Shown one piece after another: positions 40,921 through 51,912 of a stretch of DNA of 64,000 bases (position 1 is the stretch's first letter; each line of letters begins with the position of its first letter). The notes under the pieces are model-generated. The model made no database searches, was not told the origin of the DNA, and saw only the letters and a program-made list of their open reading frames with translations. The position numbers and the translations under genes were made by a program. Origin of the DNA: Candidatus Marinacidobacterales bacterium (GTDB lineage: Bacteria > Acidobacteriota > Vicinamibacteria > Marinacidobacterales > SMYC01); contig OZ250169.1 in assembly GCA_965237955.1 (NCBI GenBank), positions 5,536,001-5,600,000 of the forward strand. The letters are read 5' to 3'.

Positions 40921-42292
40921 GGTCCGGACCGGGTACATTGGTGACAAAACGGACCGGCGACATGGGTGACAATCCCTTTACCAGGGAGGTGGCCGATGCC
41001 GTGGGACGAGACGAATTGCATGAATGAACGAGTGAGATTCATCGCTACGCGCCTTGAAGCTGGGGAGCCGTTCAGTGCCCTGTGCGAACGGTTTGGGGTG
41101 AGCCGAAAGACTGGCTACAAGTGGGTCGAACGTTACGAGTTGGATGGGGTCGCAGGTCTGGAAGAGCGTTCTCGCGCCCCTTTGTCGCATCCTCACGCTG
41201 TCGCGGACGACGTGGTGGAAAAGATTCTGAGAGCCCGGAAGAAACACCCGCGTTGGGGACCGCGCAAGTTGCGTGTCATCCTGCAACGGCACTATCCGCA
41301 GCTCGCGCTGCCGGCGACGAGCACGATCGGAGAGGTTCTGCGTAAGAATGGGCTCATCCAGAAGCGGCGGCGGATACGCCGAAGCTCTCCGTATGGCGAT
41401 CGTCTGGGCGACTACGGGAGCCCCAATGCGGTGTGGTGTGCCGACTTCAAGGGACATTTTCCGGTTGCAGGGGAGCGTTGTCACCCCTTGACCGTGAGCG
41501 ACGGATGCAGTCGCTATTTATTTGCCTGTCAGGGTCTTCACCGGCCATTGTTCAAGCCGACACGGAAGATATTCGAATCGGTATTTTGAGCATACGGTCT
41601 GCCGGACGCGATTCGAACCGACAACGGAGCGCCGTTCTCGACTCTTGCGCCAGGAGGACTGTCCAGACTTGCTGTTTGGTGGATTCGTCTCGGAATCCGT
41701 CCTGAGCGGATTCAGCCCGGCCGACCCGATCAAAACGGAAGACATGAACGGATGCACAGCACCTTGAAGTCAGAGACGGCTAAACCGCCCCGAGCGAGCT
41801 TTCGAGCACAGCAACGGGCATTCGATCGGTTCCGGGAGGAATACAACGAAATCCGCCCGCATGAGGCACTTGGTCAGGAGGTTCCTGCATCTCGCTATCA
41901 GCCCTCGAACCGCCCCTACCCTCGTCAGCTCCCGCAAATCGAATACCCGGAGCACTTCTACGTCGCTCAAACCTATCCCAACGGAATGATCTCTTTTGAG
42001 TCCAAGCAGTGGTACATAAGCAGCTGTCTAAAGTCAGAGCGCGTCGGTCTCGAGCAAGTCGATGACGACCGGTGGAAGGTTCACTTCGGTCCCGTCCCTC
42101 TCGGGATTCTCGATGTTCGAAACGCCAGGGACCGTGGATATCGCGCCTTTGGGCTTCTAGTTTCTCCCGAACGACGAAGCAAGAGGCCATACAAAAGACG
42201 AGGCCCGAAATGATCTCGAAGAGAATCCACGACACCGCAAACTGTTACCTATGTGCCCGGTCTGTTTCGTTACCGATGTAGGCGGTTGCACA
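40921..42292 (+). mobile_element. IS481-family element; transposase 40996-42213 has an in-frame TGA at 41587
   Basis: MPW...FGVSRKTGYKW, WGPRK, WCADFKG, RTDNG and NGRHERMH; each end has two CCGxxxACATxGGTxAC-type repeats in inverted orientation; right end ...GCACA. Confidence 0.88.
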
Positions 42293-42305
42293 GTGCTCTT
42301 TTTTC

Positions 42306-43426
42306 GCCTCTCCCGCCATTGTCTCGAGGGTGAGACCGCCGCAGTTTAGGTAGACGAGACTGATGAGAGCTGAGAGCTTCGACAGAGTGGAGCCCGAAGC
42401 TCGAGTGGCTCAGCAACCGGATCTTATTGTTCATTCCTTCGAGTCGGCCGTTGCTGAGTCTCCACGTGACCGACGCAACGACGCCATCGAAGTGTCTGCG
42501 GAGCATCTTCGCGACGCGTTTAATGGGCTCTATTTTCGACTTCATAGCTCGCCGCAGCCGTCCTCCGAGAAACTTCGTTGCCCAGGTCTCGGTTTTGTAG
42601 GTGTAAAGATCCATGAAGTCGTCGCGCAGCAGCATGGCGCGGTAGGGGGGCGATTGGCTCGCACCTGCTCGCGAAGACGCGCCTGTCTTTCGCAGTGCGG
42701 TTGTGCCTCGCCTTGATGCTCACCCCTTCGAGCTCCGCCGCTTCTTGTGGTCCGAGCTTGCGGAAAAACCGCAGCACGTTTTGGCGTTGCGCTCCTTTCC
42801 CGCCCAGACGACCCGGCCCCTGAGATGGTCCACCAACAATCTGGCTTTGTCCGCTGGAAGTGAAAACCCCAAACCCCAGCCCTTGCAAACCGATGAGCCG
42901 ATGAGCTTGTCGAGCAACGTAGTAACGCGCATCGCGGAACGCTCCTTTCTTTTCGGTTACAAGAAGGATCTTAGCGTTTCGCCGATGCGCATCTTCCACT
43001 TTGGTACTCTGTCGACCCGCTCCAGGCCCTTACCCAATGTCACCGCGCCTCGCTACCCAGCCCGAGTCAAAGCTGTGGGAAACGCCCTCACGCTCCTGAT
43101 GGCTCAACACCTTGCGCGACCACTGAGCTCTCTTCGAAGCCTGGGAGGCGTTTTCCATAGCCTCCACTAATCGATTCCCCCTTGCTTATTCCAAATGAAT
43201 GAATCTTTTTTGTATATATGTCAGGAGGGGCTTGTGGGCGCTGTGGGAAACGCGAAGCGTTTTCCAAGCGATTGTGGAAAACGCCGCAGCCTCCGTTTGT
43301 ACGTGCTCACATCCTATCCCTAAACGTCTCTCTCGCTCGTGCTTCCGGCGTTTTCCGCGATCGCGGCAGCGTCCATAGGCCATACCCTCCCGCCCAAATC
43401 AGATCCCCCGAAACGACAGGAGAACC
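42306..43426 (-). mobile_element. Internally deleted ISL3 derivative related to 20352-22070
   Basis: Same two ends and leader; the transposase is reduced to patches (MRVTTL, GRVVWAGKER, LLRDDFMDLY, LEGMNNKIR); no target duplication seen. Confidence 0.9.
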
Positions 43427-43454
43427 AGTTTTTTTAGAGATTCAATACTCTTTT

Positions 43455-44570
43455 TTAATCATATTTGGGAAGTATGGCCAATTGATCGGCAAGAGGTTTT
43501 TCTAAGAAGAGGTCAAATTCCGCGAAGAAATCCTCCGATGACATCCCAAAGGTTTTTTGGAACGCTCCTTCCCACCCAAGTTCGTTGAGACTAGGATAGA
43601 AGGTGTCTAGTAGCGCTTCCTGGCCTACCTTGTTTAGCAGATAAGCAACGCACGCGAACAATGCCCAGGCGCCCAAATCATAGGCCGCACGCGAACAATC
43701 ATTGTCGTAAGTAAGTTCATGTAGCTTGGTCCCCGGGCAGTTATCTTCGATCCTATTCTTGCCGCTTTTCATTTTGTTTTCAAAACTCTGTTCGAGGGAG
43801 CTCAAACCACTATTGTCGATCGTGGTCAACTTCCCTGAGGCCCACAACTTTCTTACAGTAGTTTGCGCCATGTACTCAGCTCCACCCTCCTTAGACCAGA
43901 CGGGTCCCAGGAGTGCACGCCTTTTGTCCGGATCGTTTGATTGAAGGTGAGCATGCTGTACGGCGTGAAAGTACTCATGAAATACGGTTTTTTGATCCCC
44001 TCCTGGACTTGAACCAAACAGTTTGTCAAAGCCGAGAGGATACGAAGAAATAAACAAATGAATACCCCATCCACGCTTGCCATTACGTCCCATGGACCCA
44101 CCCCCCTTCTCACGTGCAATGGCGTCAGCGCCTTTCTGCCGATAGTACTCAAATCGATGTTTTTCGTTAGGGTCCAGGTTCTCAGTTAGGCATTGAGACT
44201 TTTCAGAATTCCCACGCTGCGAGCGACGTTCACAGAATAGTTCAGTAAGGTCCTTGGCAGCCTCTAGATCCGTTCCTAACACCCAATACTCCAGCGGTCC
44301 GTAGTTTCCCCATTCGGCCGTTGCTACAAGCAATGTATTGGTTAAACCGTTACGCACATCGTCAGACAAGTCTGCTGCAAAGAATGTCTCTGGTGGAGCC
44401 TCGATAATTTGCCCCCAAGTATCTGCTGCAACATCTTCATTCGCCGAGCTTTCTGACGTCGTTTCAGTTCCCTCAGTTGTAGTTTCTGAAATAACATTCT
44501 GATCTTGAACTTTGTCTCCTACACAAGAAATTAATAATGTTAATCCAAAGAATAAAAGTAGTTTTTTCAT
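43455..44570 (-). CDS. Lipoprotein with zinc-metallopeptidase (gluzincin-like) motif, low GC
   Basis: MKKLL...LISC lipobox; HEYFH followed by WSKEGGAEY. Confidence 0.8.
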   Translation of the reverse strand: MKKLLLFFGLTLLISCVGDKVQDQNVISETTTEGTETTSESSANEDVAADTWGQIIEAPPETFFAADLSDDVRNGLTNTLLVATAEWGNYGPLEYWVLGTDLEAAKDLTELFCERRSQRGNSEKSQCLTENLDPNEKHRFEYYRQKGADAIAREKGGGSMGRNGKRGWGIHLFISSYPLGFDKLFGSSPGGDQKTVFHEYFHAVQHAHLQSNDPDKRRALLGPVWSKEGGAEYMAQTTVRKLWASGKLTTIDNSGLSSLEQSFENKMKSGKNRIEDNCPGTKLHELTYDNDCSRAAYDLGAWALFACVAYLLNKVGQEALLDTFYPSLNELGWEGAFQKTFGMSSEDFFAEFDLFLEKPLADQLAILPKYD

Positions 44571-44713
44571 TGTTGAAAACCCTCCTACTATTTCTGATCT
44601 TGCTCTTGTTCCAAAAACCCCGTACAAATTGTTTTTATAATCAATCCAAAATCTGGTTTTTTCCTCCAACAGCCTTTTGTCCCCCTTCCGATCCTCCACC
44701 GTTCAGGCCCAAA

Positions 44714-46093
44714 TCACGGTACTCTCGGTCGAATCGCCGCCTTTGCCGTCGTTATTTCAACGACTGCCGTCTGAAGGCCCGAAGGCTCCGTGGTCAGCTG
44801 GATCACCCCCGGCTGCTTCGTCGCCTGGATGATGACCATCGCGAGGCCGTTGAAGGCGCTCCGCTTGTCCGCCTTGTCCGGCTCGTGGCTCGAGGGGTCC
44901 CCGTTTCCCACGCCGATGATCTGCCCGGGGCCCTCTAGACTGAATTGCACCTCGTTCCCCGCGGTCGGCACGAACCGACCCTGCGCGTCGAGGATTCTGA
45001 CTTTCACCAGGGAGACGTCCTCTCCGTCCGCGTTGACGCTCAAGCGGTCGGGCTCGAGTGCTATGCCGGCTGGCTCCGCCGCCGTCTCTCGCCTGGTCTC
45101 GACGACGACCTCTCCGTCCCGGTAGCACTTGGCTTCCAGAACTCCCGGCTCCCACTCGACCTTCCACGACAGGCTCGAGTGCGGCTGCATGTCTTGGTGT
45201 CCCTGGCTCTCCCCGTTGAGAAACAGCTCGACGCTCTCGCAGTTGCTATAGCACTGGACCTCGATCGTCCTGTCGCTCTCGTCTCTGTCCGCCCAGTTCC
45301 AGTGCGGGAATAGGTGAAGGACGGTCTCGTCGCTCCAGACCGACTTGTAGTAGTAATAGTCCTCCTTGGGGAAACCGCAGAGGTCCATGATGCCGTAGTT
45401 TGAGATGACAGAGGGCCAGTCATAGGGATACGGCTCGCCGCGATAGTCCATGCCATTCCAGACGAATCCGCCCGCCACGTAATTAGACTCGGCCACCATG
45501 CGCCAGGTCCGCTCGGCCCTGGGGTTGTAGCAGCTGCGATGGCCCTTCTTTGTGTCCTCGTCATATACCCCGCGCGTCGTCTTGGCGTAGGCGGTCTCGA
45601 GGGCCACCATCGGGCGCTCCTGGTTTTCAGCATGGTAATCGTCATAATTGTCCGGATTAAAACCCCTGACATCGAGGACTTCTGTGAAGTTTATGAGATC
45701 TTCTAATAACTCAATCTCATCAGGCGAGCGCGCGCCTCCGAGTGGTCCCACGGGCCCGGTGGTGGGTCGGTAGGGATCCAGCCGCTTGATCACGTCATGC
45801 ATCGCCTGCAACTGTTTCTTTGCCTCCTCATAGCCCTGCTTCAACGCCTCGTTGTACATGCTCCAGAGGATGATGCTGGGGTGGTTCCTGTCGCGCCGCA
45901 CCAAGCTTTCCACGGTGGCCAGCACCTCCTCCGAATCACCCATATGGCGGTTCTCGTCAATCACCAGCATCCCCAGGCGATCGGCCGCGTCCAGTACCTC
46001 CACGGTCGGCGGGTTGTGCGCAGCGCGGTAGGCGTTGGCACCCATCTCCTTGAGCTTCTCTAACCGGTAAACGTTGATCCTGTCTGGCAATGG
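44714..46093 (-). pseudogene. GH2 beta-galactosidase-like gene, N-terminal half missing
   Basis: MGANAYRAAHNPP, RRDRNHPSIILWSMYNE, GGFVWNGMDYRGEP and GVGNGDP; it starts abruptly inside the TIM barrel. Confidence 0.85.
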
Positions 46094-46334
46094 CATCTTC
46101 TTCATACCCGTGGCTGGCTACGACGCTCAGAGTCTCTTTAGAATCGTCGAGTAGCAGGATGGAGTGGCTGAAGCCGAAGAGATCGTCCATGGTGCCGAGG
46201 ACGATGTCGAGGATCTCGTCGAGGTTCAGAGTGGAGTTGATGACGGTCGAGACTTGTTGAAGGATGCGGACTTCCGCGGTCTTTTGGGCGAGCTCGTCTT
46301 CGAGCTCGGCGCTCGCCGGACGTTCGGAGTTCAT
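46094..46334 (-). pseudogene. 5' fragment of a GAF-domain signalling protein
   Basis: ILQQVSTVINSTLNLDEILDIVL...ILLLDD...LSVVASHGY, then cut by the GH2 fragment. Confidence 0.75.
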
Positions 46335-46339
46335 GGGCA

Positions 46340-46759
46340 CTACCTGGAAGGTTTGAGAGAAACTTTGCGGACCGATTGGACTTCGTAGACATCCGCCGCT
46401 TTGAGCTTGAAGATCCCGGACATTCCGCTCACCGAGGCGATGGCCTCGATCTGCATGTCCATCTCGTCGAAAATAGGGCCTTCCGTTTCCGAGTGATCGT
46501 AGCGAGCCTGAATAATCCAATGCGCGTATCCGTGATAGTCATTCAGGAGGACGCAAGCATTCGGATTCTCGCGGACGTTTTTGACCGTCTTGTTGAAAAA
46601 CTGAAAGGATAGAGCCACATGCTCCGGGTCCACATAATAGACCTGGGAGATGATGGTCGTGTTCGGTACACCATCTGCCGAGCACGATATGACCAGTGCG
46701 GGAATACCGTTCTCCATGACCGGCTTGATCGCGTCTGGGAGCTCGACCCGTTCCATCAT
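46340..46759 (-). CDS. Pyridoxamine-5'-phosphate-oxidase-like (FMN split-barrel) protein
   Basis: SCSADGVPNTTIISQVYYVDPEHVALSFQFFNKTVKNVRENP. Confidence 0.8.
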   Translation of the reverse strand: MMERVELPDAIKPVMENGIPALVISCSADGVPNTTIISQVYYVDPEHVALSFQFFNKTVKNVRENPNACVLLNDYHGYAHWIIQARYDHSETEGPIFDEMDMQIEAIASVSGMSGIFKLKAADVYEVQSVRKVSLKPSR

Positions 46760-47230
46760 TTCTCCGCGGGTACGAGTCTGCGCCCGGCGCCCGGGCCAGG
46801 AGTCTGGAGATAGATTTCCTGCACTTTGAAGCTTATGGCCACACTCGGTTCGGCGGCGGACGCGCGGCAGCTGTCCTCCGAGAATCCAAACAGCTTGGTT
46901 CCACGGTCGACCAGGTTCGCTCGGCACTGCTCGAAGGCGGCAACGTCCGATTCGCTGTACGACCGGGCTGAAACGAAATCTCCCTTGAATTGGTAGGTTT
47001 GGTGCAAGGGTACTTTCGCAGACGGTTACAGCAAAGTGACCGTTGTCTTCGAGCGATGGGATCAGATCCGGGATGAAGTGCTCGGCAACGAGGCAGGTGA
47101 TCGTCTGCCGGTCCGGCTCGACGAACCATCCCGAAAGCCGGTGCACGTGCGGGACGAGATCCTTGTCTCGGGTGCCACCGATGCCCACCGTCGCGGTTTT
47201 CAGGAACTCGATGATCGCGTCCGGGATCAA
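46756..47230 (-). CDS. Second PNPOx-like split-barrel protein (frameshift ~47010)
   Basis: GTRDKDLVP, LEDNGHFAVT, HQTYQFKG and IYLQTPGPGAG. Confidence 0.75.
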
Positions 47231-47470
47231 GGTAAGCTGCCTCCATGCTCTGTGCTTCTCCGAGCGACGAGCTATTCTTTGTCAGTCCGTAGTCGAGACA
47301 AATTCTAATGGAGGAAACCGCGCTGAGCAAGCAGTCGCAGCGCGATCCGCCAGCGCTCAACTCAGAACGTCCTCATGGCCTTCGAGAAATCGAGCCCAAG
47401 CGGGAGCGCTTCTCGAGAGTCGCGTCCTAAGAGAGGCCATCTCGCCGCTGCTCATCGGCATGAAGCTACG

Positions 47471-48099
47471 GGTGCTTGCCCCGGTCGCTGTTGACCGGTT
47501 GCCCTCAAGTACAAGAGATCGTGGGTTGAAACAGAGAGTTTTTCAGCCCGGTACACTTGAGCGGTGAGCGCGATCGACGACAAAGCATGCTCAAGATCAA
47601 GACTCGGCGGAACAATCGCGTCGTCCGAGTCGAGCGGCGCGTGGAGAGCGGTACCGCGAGGCGGTTGAAGGACGCGCGGTTGGAGTCAGAGGATTCCGAG
47701 AACCTGAACACGTCGTTCGTCGAGCGCCTCAACCTTACCATTCGTCAAGGGTCAGCGTACTTGCGCCGTCGCTCGCCATGCCACACCCGTTGCCAAGACC
47801 AGCTCCGCGAGCACGTTGAGCTTCTGCGTTGTCATTACAACTTCGTCCGGCCGCACAGAGCTTTGAAGTTCGGGCGAGAGACCAGGACGCCGGCGATGCA
47901 AGCCGGTTTGGTGAGTAAGCGATTGACCTTGAGCGATATCTTCACCGCACGCGGTGTCTCTCTGCGTCTTTTTGTGCCAGTTGTGCACGTCTCTGTTACC
48001 GTCCGGCCCACGGAATCTCACGCAGCCTAGCTGCCGACGATCTCATGGCCGCACGATCAAAGAACGGCTGCCTGATCAACAGCGGATGGCGCAAGCACC
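47471..48099 (+). mobile_element. Internally deleted IS1-family element
   Basis: IRs GGTGCTTGCCCCGGTCGCTGTTGA and GGTGCTTGCGCCATCCGCTGTTGA; only the C-terminal transposase remains (NTSFVERLNLTIR, YNFVRPH, TPAMQAG). Confidence 0.85.
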
Positions 48100-48133
48100 G
48101 GTGAATGACCCCGAAACATTCTCGTGTCAGCAA

Positions 48134-49846
48134 TCAGTAGGTAGCTACCCCACCGAACTCCCGTCTGAAGTCGGAGCCGCCTTCGAAGATCTTTTCTTCG
48201 CGGTTGTAGATGATGACCTGAAAACATCCGATTGCGTTGGTGAGCTCGAGCGTGTGGCCTCTCACGCGCAACAAGTCAAGCGTGTCCCGAGAGAACGCGT
48301 TGCCCTCGATGCGGATGCGATCGGGTAGCCACTGGTGGTGAAAACGACCAGCATCAACGACGTCTTGCGCGTTCAAGCCATAGTCGACGGCGTGCAAGAT
48401 TGTCTGCACGACACCACTGATGATGGTGCGACCACCCGGGGTGCCTGTCACCATGAACAGCTCGCCATCTTTGGCGACGATCGTCGGGGTCATGCTCGAC
48501 ATCGGCCTCTTTCCCGGTGCCGGAAGGTTCCGCTCGATGCCGATCAAATTCGTCTGGGTCCTTCCTTCCCAGCCGTTTTCGCCCACCATGTAGGCATCAG
48601 GCACACCATGGAAATCGCCAAGCTCCGTATTGAGGAGAAACCCAGCGCCGGTCACGACCGACATCGTACGCCCAATGGTATAGATGACCGACACGGCGTT
48701 CCGCTCGCCGTCCACGACCGAGTAGGCCGTCGTTTCCGGACTCTCGCTGGGCAACTCGAAACCCGTCGTCGACGACGTCGAGGCACGATCGAGGTCGATC
48801 GTTGTACGGAGTTGATTCGCGTACTCCTTCGACGTCAGCCGCTCGACAGGAATGCCGGGGTTGAAATCTGGATCGCCCATGAAGCGCGCCCGGTCGGCGA
48901 AGCCACGCCGCATCGCTTCCACCATGACGTGAACGCTCGCCGCCGAGTGCATTCCCATCGCGTTCATATCGAATCCTTCGAGGATGTTGAGCATCTCCAC
49001 TATTGCAGTGCCGCCGGTGCTCGGCGGCGGCATGGTGATGATTTCGTAGCCGCGGTAAGTACCTCGGATGGCGGTGCGCTTGACCGCTTGCTCGCCCTTC
49101 AAGTCGTCGAGGGTGATGAGACCGTCGACACGCATCATCTCTTCGACGATGAGACGCGCCGTCTCACCTTCGTAAAAACCCGCCGCGCCGTTTTCCGCGA
49201 TGCGCTCGAGAGTATCGGCCAAGTCGGGTTGTTTGAGGATGTCGCCGGCGCGGTACGGCTCTCCGTTTTTCGTGAACTGAGCGAGCGTCCCTGGGTGACC
49301 CTTATACCTCTCCGCAAAGCCTTTGAGTTGACGCTCGAAGTTGACCGTCACCAGAATCCCGTCCCGCGCAAGAGCGATCGCGGGCGCGACCAACTGGCTC
49401 CATGGGAGCTTCCCATGCTCTTGCCAAGCGAGGTAGAACCCCGAGACGGTTCCGGGGATGCCCACGGTACGGCCGCTCCTGTAGTGGAGGTCCCGGCTGT
49501 ATTTACCGTCTTTCATGAACAGATCCGCGGTGGTGGCCGCTGGGGCTTTCTCGCGGAAGTCATAGGTGCTCGCTTCGCCGTTCGCGGCGCGGAACACCAT
49601 GAAGCCGCCGCCGCCGATATTCCCCGCACCCGGACGCGTTACCGCAAGGGCGAGCCCGGTGGCGACCGCGGCGTCGACCGCGTTGCCTCCGGCTCGGAGA
49701 ACGGTGAGCCCCGCTTCCGACGCGGGCATCTTCTCGGAGACCACCATGCCGCTCCGGCCCCGGATGGGCCTGGAGCTCGCGTAGAGATGCGACGTCGCGA
49801 ACGATAAGACGATGGCGAGAGCCGAAAGCCGCTTTGAATAGTTCAT
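48134..49846 (-). CDS. ggt: Gamma-glutamyltransferase
   Basis: GGNAVDAA, GNIGGGGF, DFRE, ETT nucleophile, PGKRPMSSMTP and GTPGG. Confidence 0.93.
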   Translation of the reverse strand: MNYSKRLSALAIVLSFATSHLYASSRPIRGRSGMVVSEKMPASEAGLTVLRAGGNAVDAAVATGLALAVTRPGAGNIGGGGFMVFRAANGEASTYDFREKAPAATTADLFMKDGKYSRDLHYRSGRTVGIPGTVSGFYLAWQEHGKLPWSQLVAPAIALARDGILVTVNFERQLKGFAERYKGHPGTLAQFTKNGEPYRAGDILKQPDLADTLERIAENGAAGFYEGETARLIVEEMMRVDGLITLDDLKGEQAVKRTAIRGTYRGYEIITMPPPSTGGTAIVEMLNILEGFDMNAMGMHSAASVHVMVEAMRRGFADRARFMGDPDFNPGIPVERLTSKEYANQLRTTIDLDRASTSSTTGFELPSESPETTAYSVVDGERNAVSVIYTIGRTMSVVTGAGFLLNTELGDFHGVPDAYMVGENGWEGRTQTNLIGIERNLPAPGKRPMSSMTPTIVAKDGELFMVTGTPGGRTIISGVVQTILHAVDYGLNAQDVVDAGRFHHQWLPDRIRIEGNAFSRDTLDLLRVRGHTLELTNAIGCFQVIIYNREEKIFEGGSDFRREFGGVATY

Positions 49847-50330
49847 GGGGTCCTCCTAAGCAGCGCCACGATAACATATCGCCGAGCGATTGCGCCACCC
49901 GGAGGTGCACCGCTACAACGGACTTGCGGTGGAATATTCCTGAGCAGCTTCTTTCGAAAAGCTAGCTCTCGCGCCCATGATGACGACATCGTACGACTTG
50001 TCGGTCATAGCAATCCAGGCGAACCGGGCGCCATCATACCCGCCAGTCCCGAGTCGGTACAATCCGCCGCTTTCGAATCGTGGTCGAGTGGTCTTATTGA
50101 TGTGCCAGTTTTGAATGGAGGCCTCCATGTCCCAGTTATCGACTCTCGATCGGCGGAAGCCCGTGCATCAGAGGGCGAACCCAGGAGACCTCCTATCGCC
50201 AGGCGGAGCCTGCCCTGCAACGTGGCGGATCTGGCCTTTACCGCATCCTCCCGCGCTTTCATTTCCACGGCGATGAATGTAATCTTGGTCGGACCACAGA
50301 GCCCGGACCACAGAGTATGGAGCCATCCTA

Positions 50331-51827
50331 ATGAATCTCAAAGTGCAGACGCTTCTTGCTTTGATCCTCCTCTTGAGCGTGAGCCCCGGCCTGATGGCCC
50401 AGGGCGAGCTTGCGCCGTCGGTACCACCCCTCTATCCCCCACCCTCCACCACGCAGCATAGCGTCGAGATCGCGGGCCGGACACTTCAATACACCGCGAC
50501 AGCGGCGACGATTCCACTGACGGATCAAGTCGGCAAGACGATGGCGCACGTCTTCTTCATTGCGTACGAGAAAGACGGCGTCGATGACCCAAGAATCCGT
50601 CCTCTCCTTTTCTCGTTCAACGGCGGGCCGGGCGCCGCCTCCACTTTGATGCACATGGGTCTCCTCGGACCTCGGCGAGCCCTCCTTGACGACGATGGGT
50701 TCCAGCTCGAGCCGCCCTACCAGTTGGTCAACAACGAGTACTCGGCGCTCGACGTCGCGGACCTCGTTTTCATCGATCCGGTCTCGACCGGCTACAGCCG
50801 GGCCGTCCCCGATGTCGATCCGAAACAGTTTCACGGCTTCCGGGAAGATCTCGAGTCGGTGGGAGAGTTCATACGGCTCTACGTGACTCGCTACAAACGA
50901 TGGGACTCGCCCAAGTTTCTCATCGGGGAAAGTTATGGCAGCCGGCGTGCGGCCGGCCTCTCAGCGCACCTTCAGCGTGAACACGGTATGGACCTGAACG
51001 GCATCATCCTCGTCTCGGCGGGCTCGCTGGGCCAGCAATACGGCAACTTCGGGATGCTGGAATATGCCTTGAACCTCCCCCACTTCGCCGCCACCGCTTG
51101 GTACCACAAGAAAATTGCCTCCGATCTCCAGGCCAAGCCCCTGCGTGAGGTCCTCGACGAGGTCGAGACCTTCGCCCTCGAGGATTACGCCATAGCGCTG
51201 ATCAAGGGAAACCGCCTGACCCAGGACGAGCGGGACGACATGGTTCGCCGGCTCTCGCGGTACACGGGTCTTTCAGAAGACTACATCGCAGCCACCCACC
51301 TCCGCATCACGCGCGTTCGTTTCCGGAAGCAATTGCTGCGCGATGAGAACCGCACGGTGGGCCGGATCGACAGCCGGTACACAGGAATCGACTCCGATGC
51401 CGCGGGGGAGCTGATAGAGTTCGATCCCGCCCAGGCCAATCTTCGCGGCACCTTCGCAGCAACGATGAACAGCTACCTCAGAAATGCTCTTCGATACGAA
51501 GTGGACTTGAAGTACGAGGCCTCGGCCAACGTAAAGCCTTGGAATCCGGCGCCGGATCTCAATCTCCTCGAAGCGCTCCGCTCGGCCATGGCTCAGAACC
51601 AGAACCTCAGAGTGCTAGTGGCCGATGGCTACTACGACAAGCTCTACTTCTGGCCCGCCTTTACCTTTTCGCAGTTCGACTTCAACCCGGAGCTCAGAAA
51701 AAGGGTCCGGATCGCAACTTACGAGGCGGGTCACATGATGTATCTCCGCAAGGCGTCGCTTGCCAAGATGAAAAGCGACATCGCCGATTTCATCCTCTCC
51801 GCCGTGCCGGAGTGGACATCGCCCTAG
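50331..51827 (+). CDS. S10-family serine carboxypeptidase, secreted
   Basis: FNGGPG, DPVSTGYS, GESYG and YEAGHMMY. Confidence 0.92.
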   Translation: MNLKVQTLLALILLLSVSPGLMAQGELAPSVPPLYPPPSTTQHSVEIAGRTLQYTATAATIPLTDQVGKTMAHVFFIAYEKDGVDDPRIRPLLFSFNGGPGAASTLMHMGLLGPRRALLDDDGFQLEPPYQLVNNEYSALDVADLVFIDPVSTGYSRAVPDVDPKQFHGFREDLESVGEFIRLYVTRYKRWDSPKFLIGESYGSRRAAGLSAHLQREHGMDLNGIILVSAGSLGQQYGNFGMLEYALNLPHFAATAWYHKKIASDLQAKPLREVLDEVETFALEDYAIALIKGNRLTQDERDDMVRRLSRYTGLSEDYIAATHLRITRVRFRKQLLRDENRTVGRIDSRYTGIDSDAAGELIEFDPAQANLRGTFAATMNSYLRNALRYEVDLKYEASANVKPWNPAPDLNLLEALRSAMAQNQNLRVLVADGYYDKLYFWPAFTFSQFDFNPELRKRVRIATYEAGHMMYLRKASLAKMKSDIADFILSAVPEWTSP

Positions 51828-51912
51828 CAACGCGCCGTCTCGATTGGGCATCGAGTTCGCACCTCCAGCCGTAGAACTCTGTTAATCGAGCAAAGAAATC
51901 AAGCGCCGGAGT

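Noticed and set aside
41587-41589. In-frame TGA in the IS481 transposase as selenocysteine or readthrough, given the SelA-like gene nearby
   Set aside because: It is not at a Cys-type catalytic position and is most simply a CGA-to-TGA mutation or read error; the SelA-like protein looks like the DgaE-type subfamily.
20352-43426. Composite transposon bounded by the two ISL3 copies
   Set aside because: The first copy has its own 8-bp duplication on both sides, and the outer flanks (ATTGTTAC vs AGTTTTTT) do not match.
2563-47230. Programmed frameshifting to explain the many split ORFs
   Set aside because: Several shifts lie in short homopolymers of unrelated genes (RHH, PEGA, C25) without recognisable slippery-site signals; sequencing error or decay is more likely.
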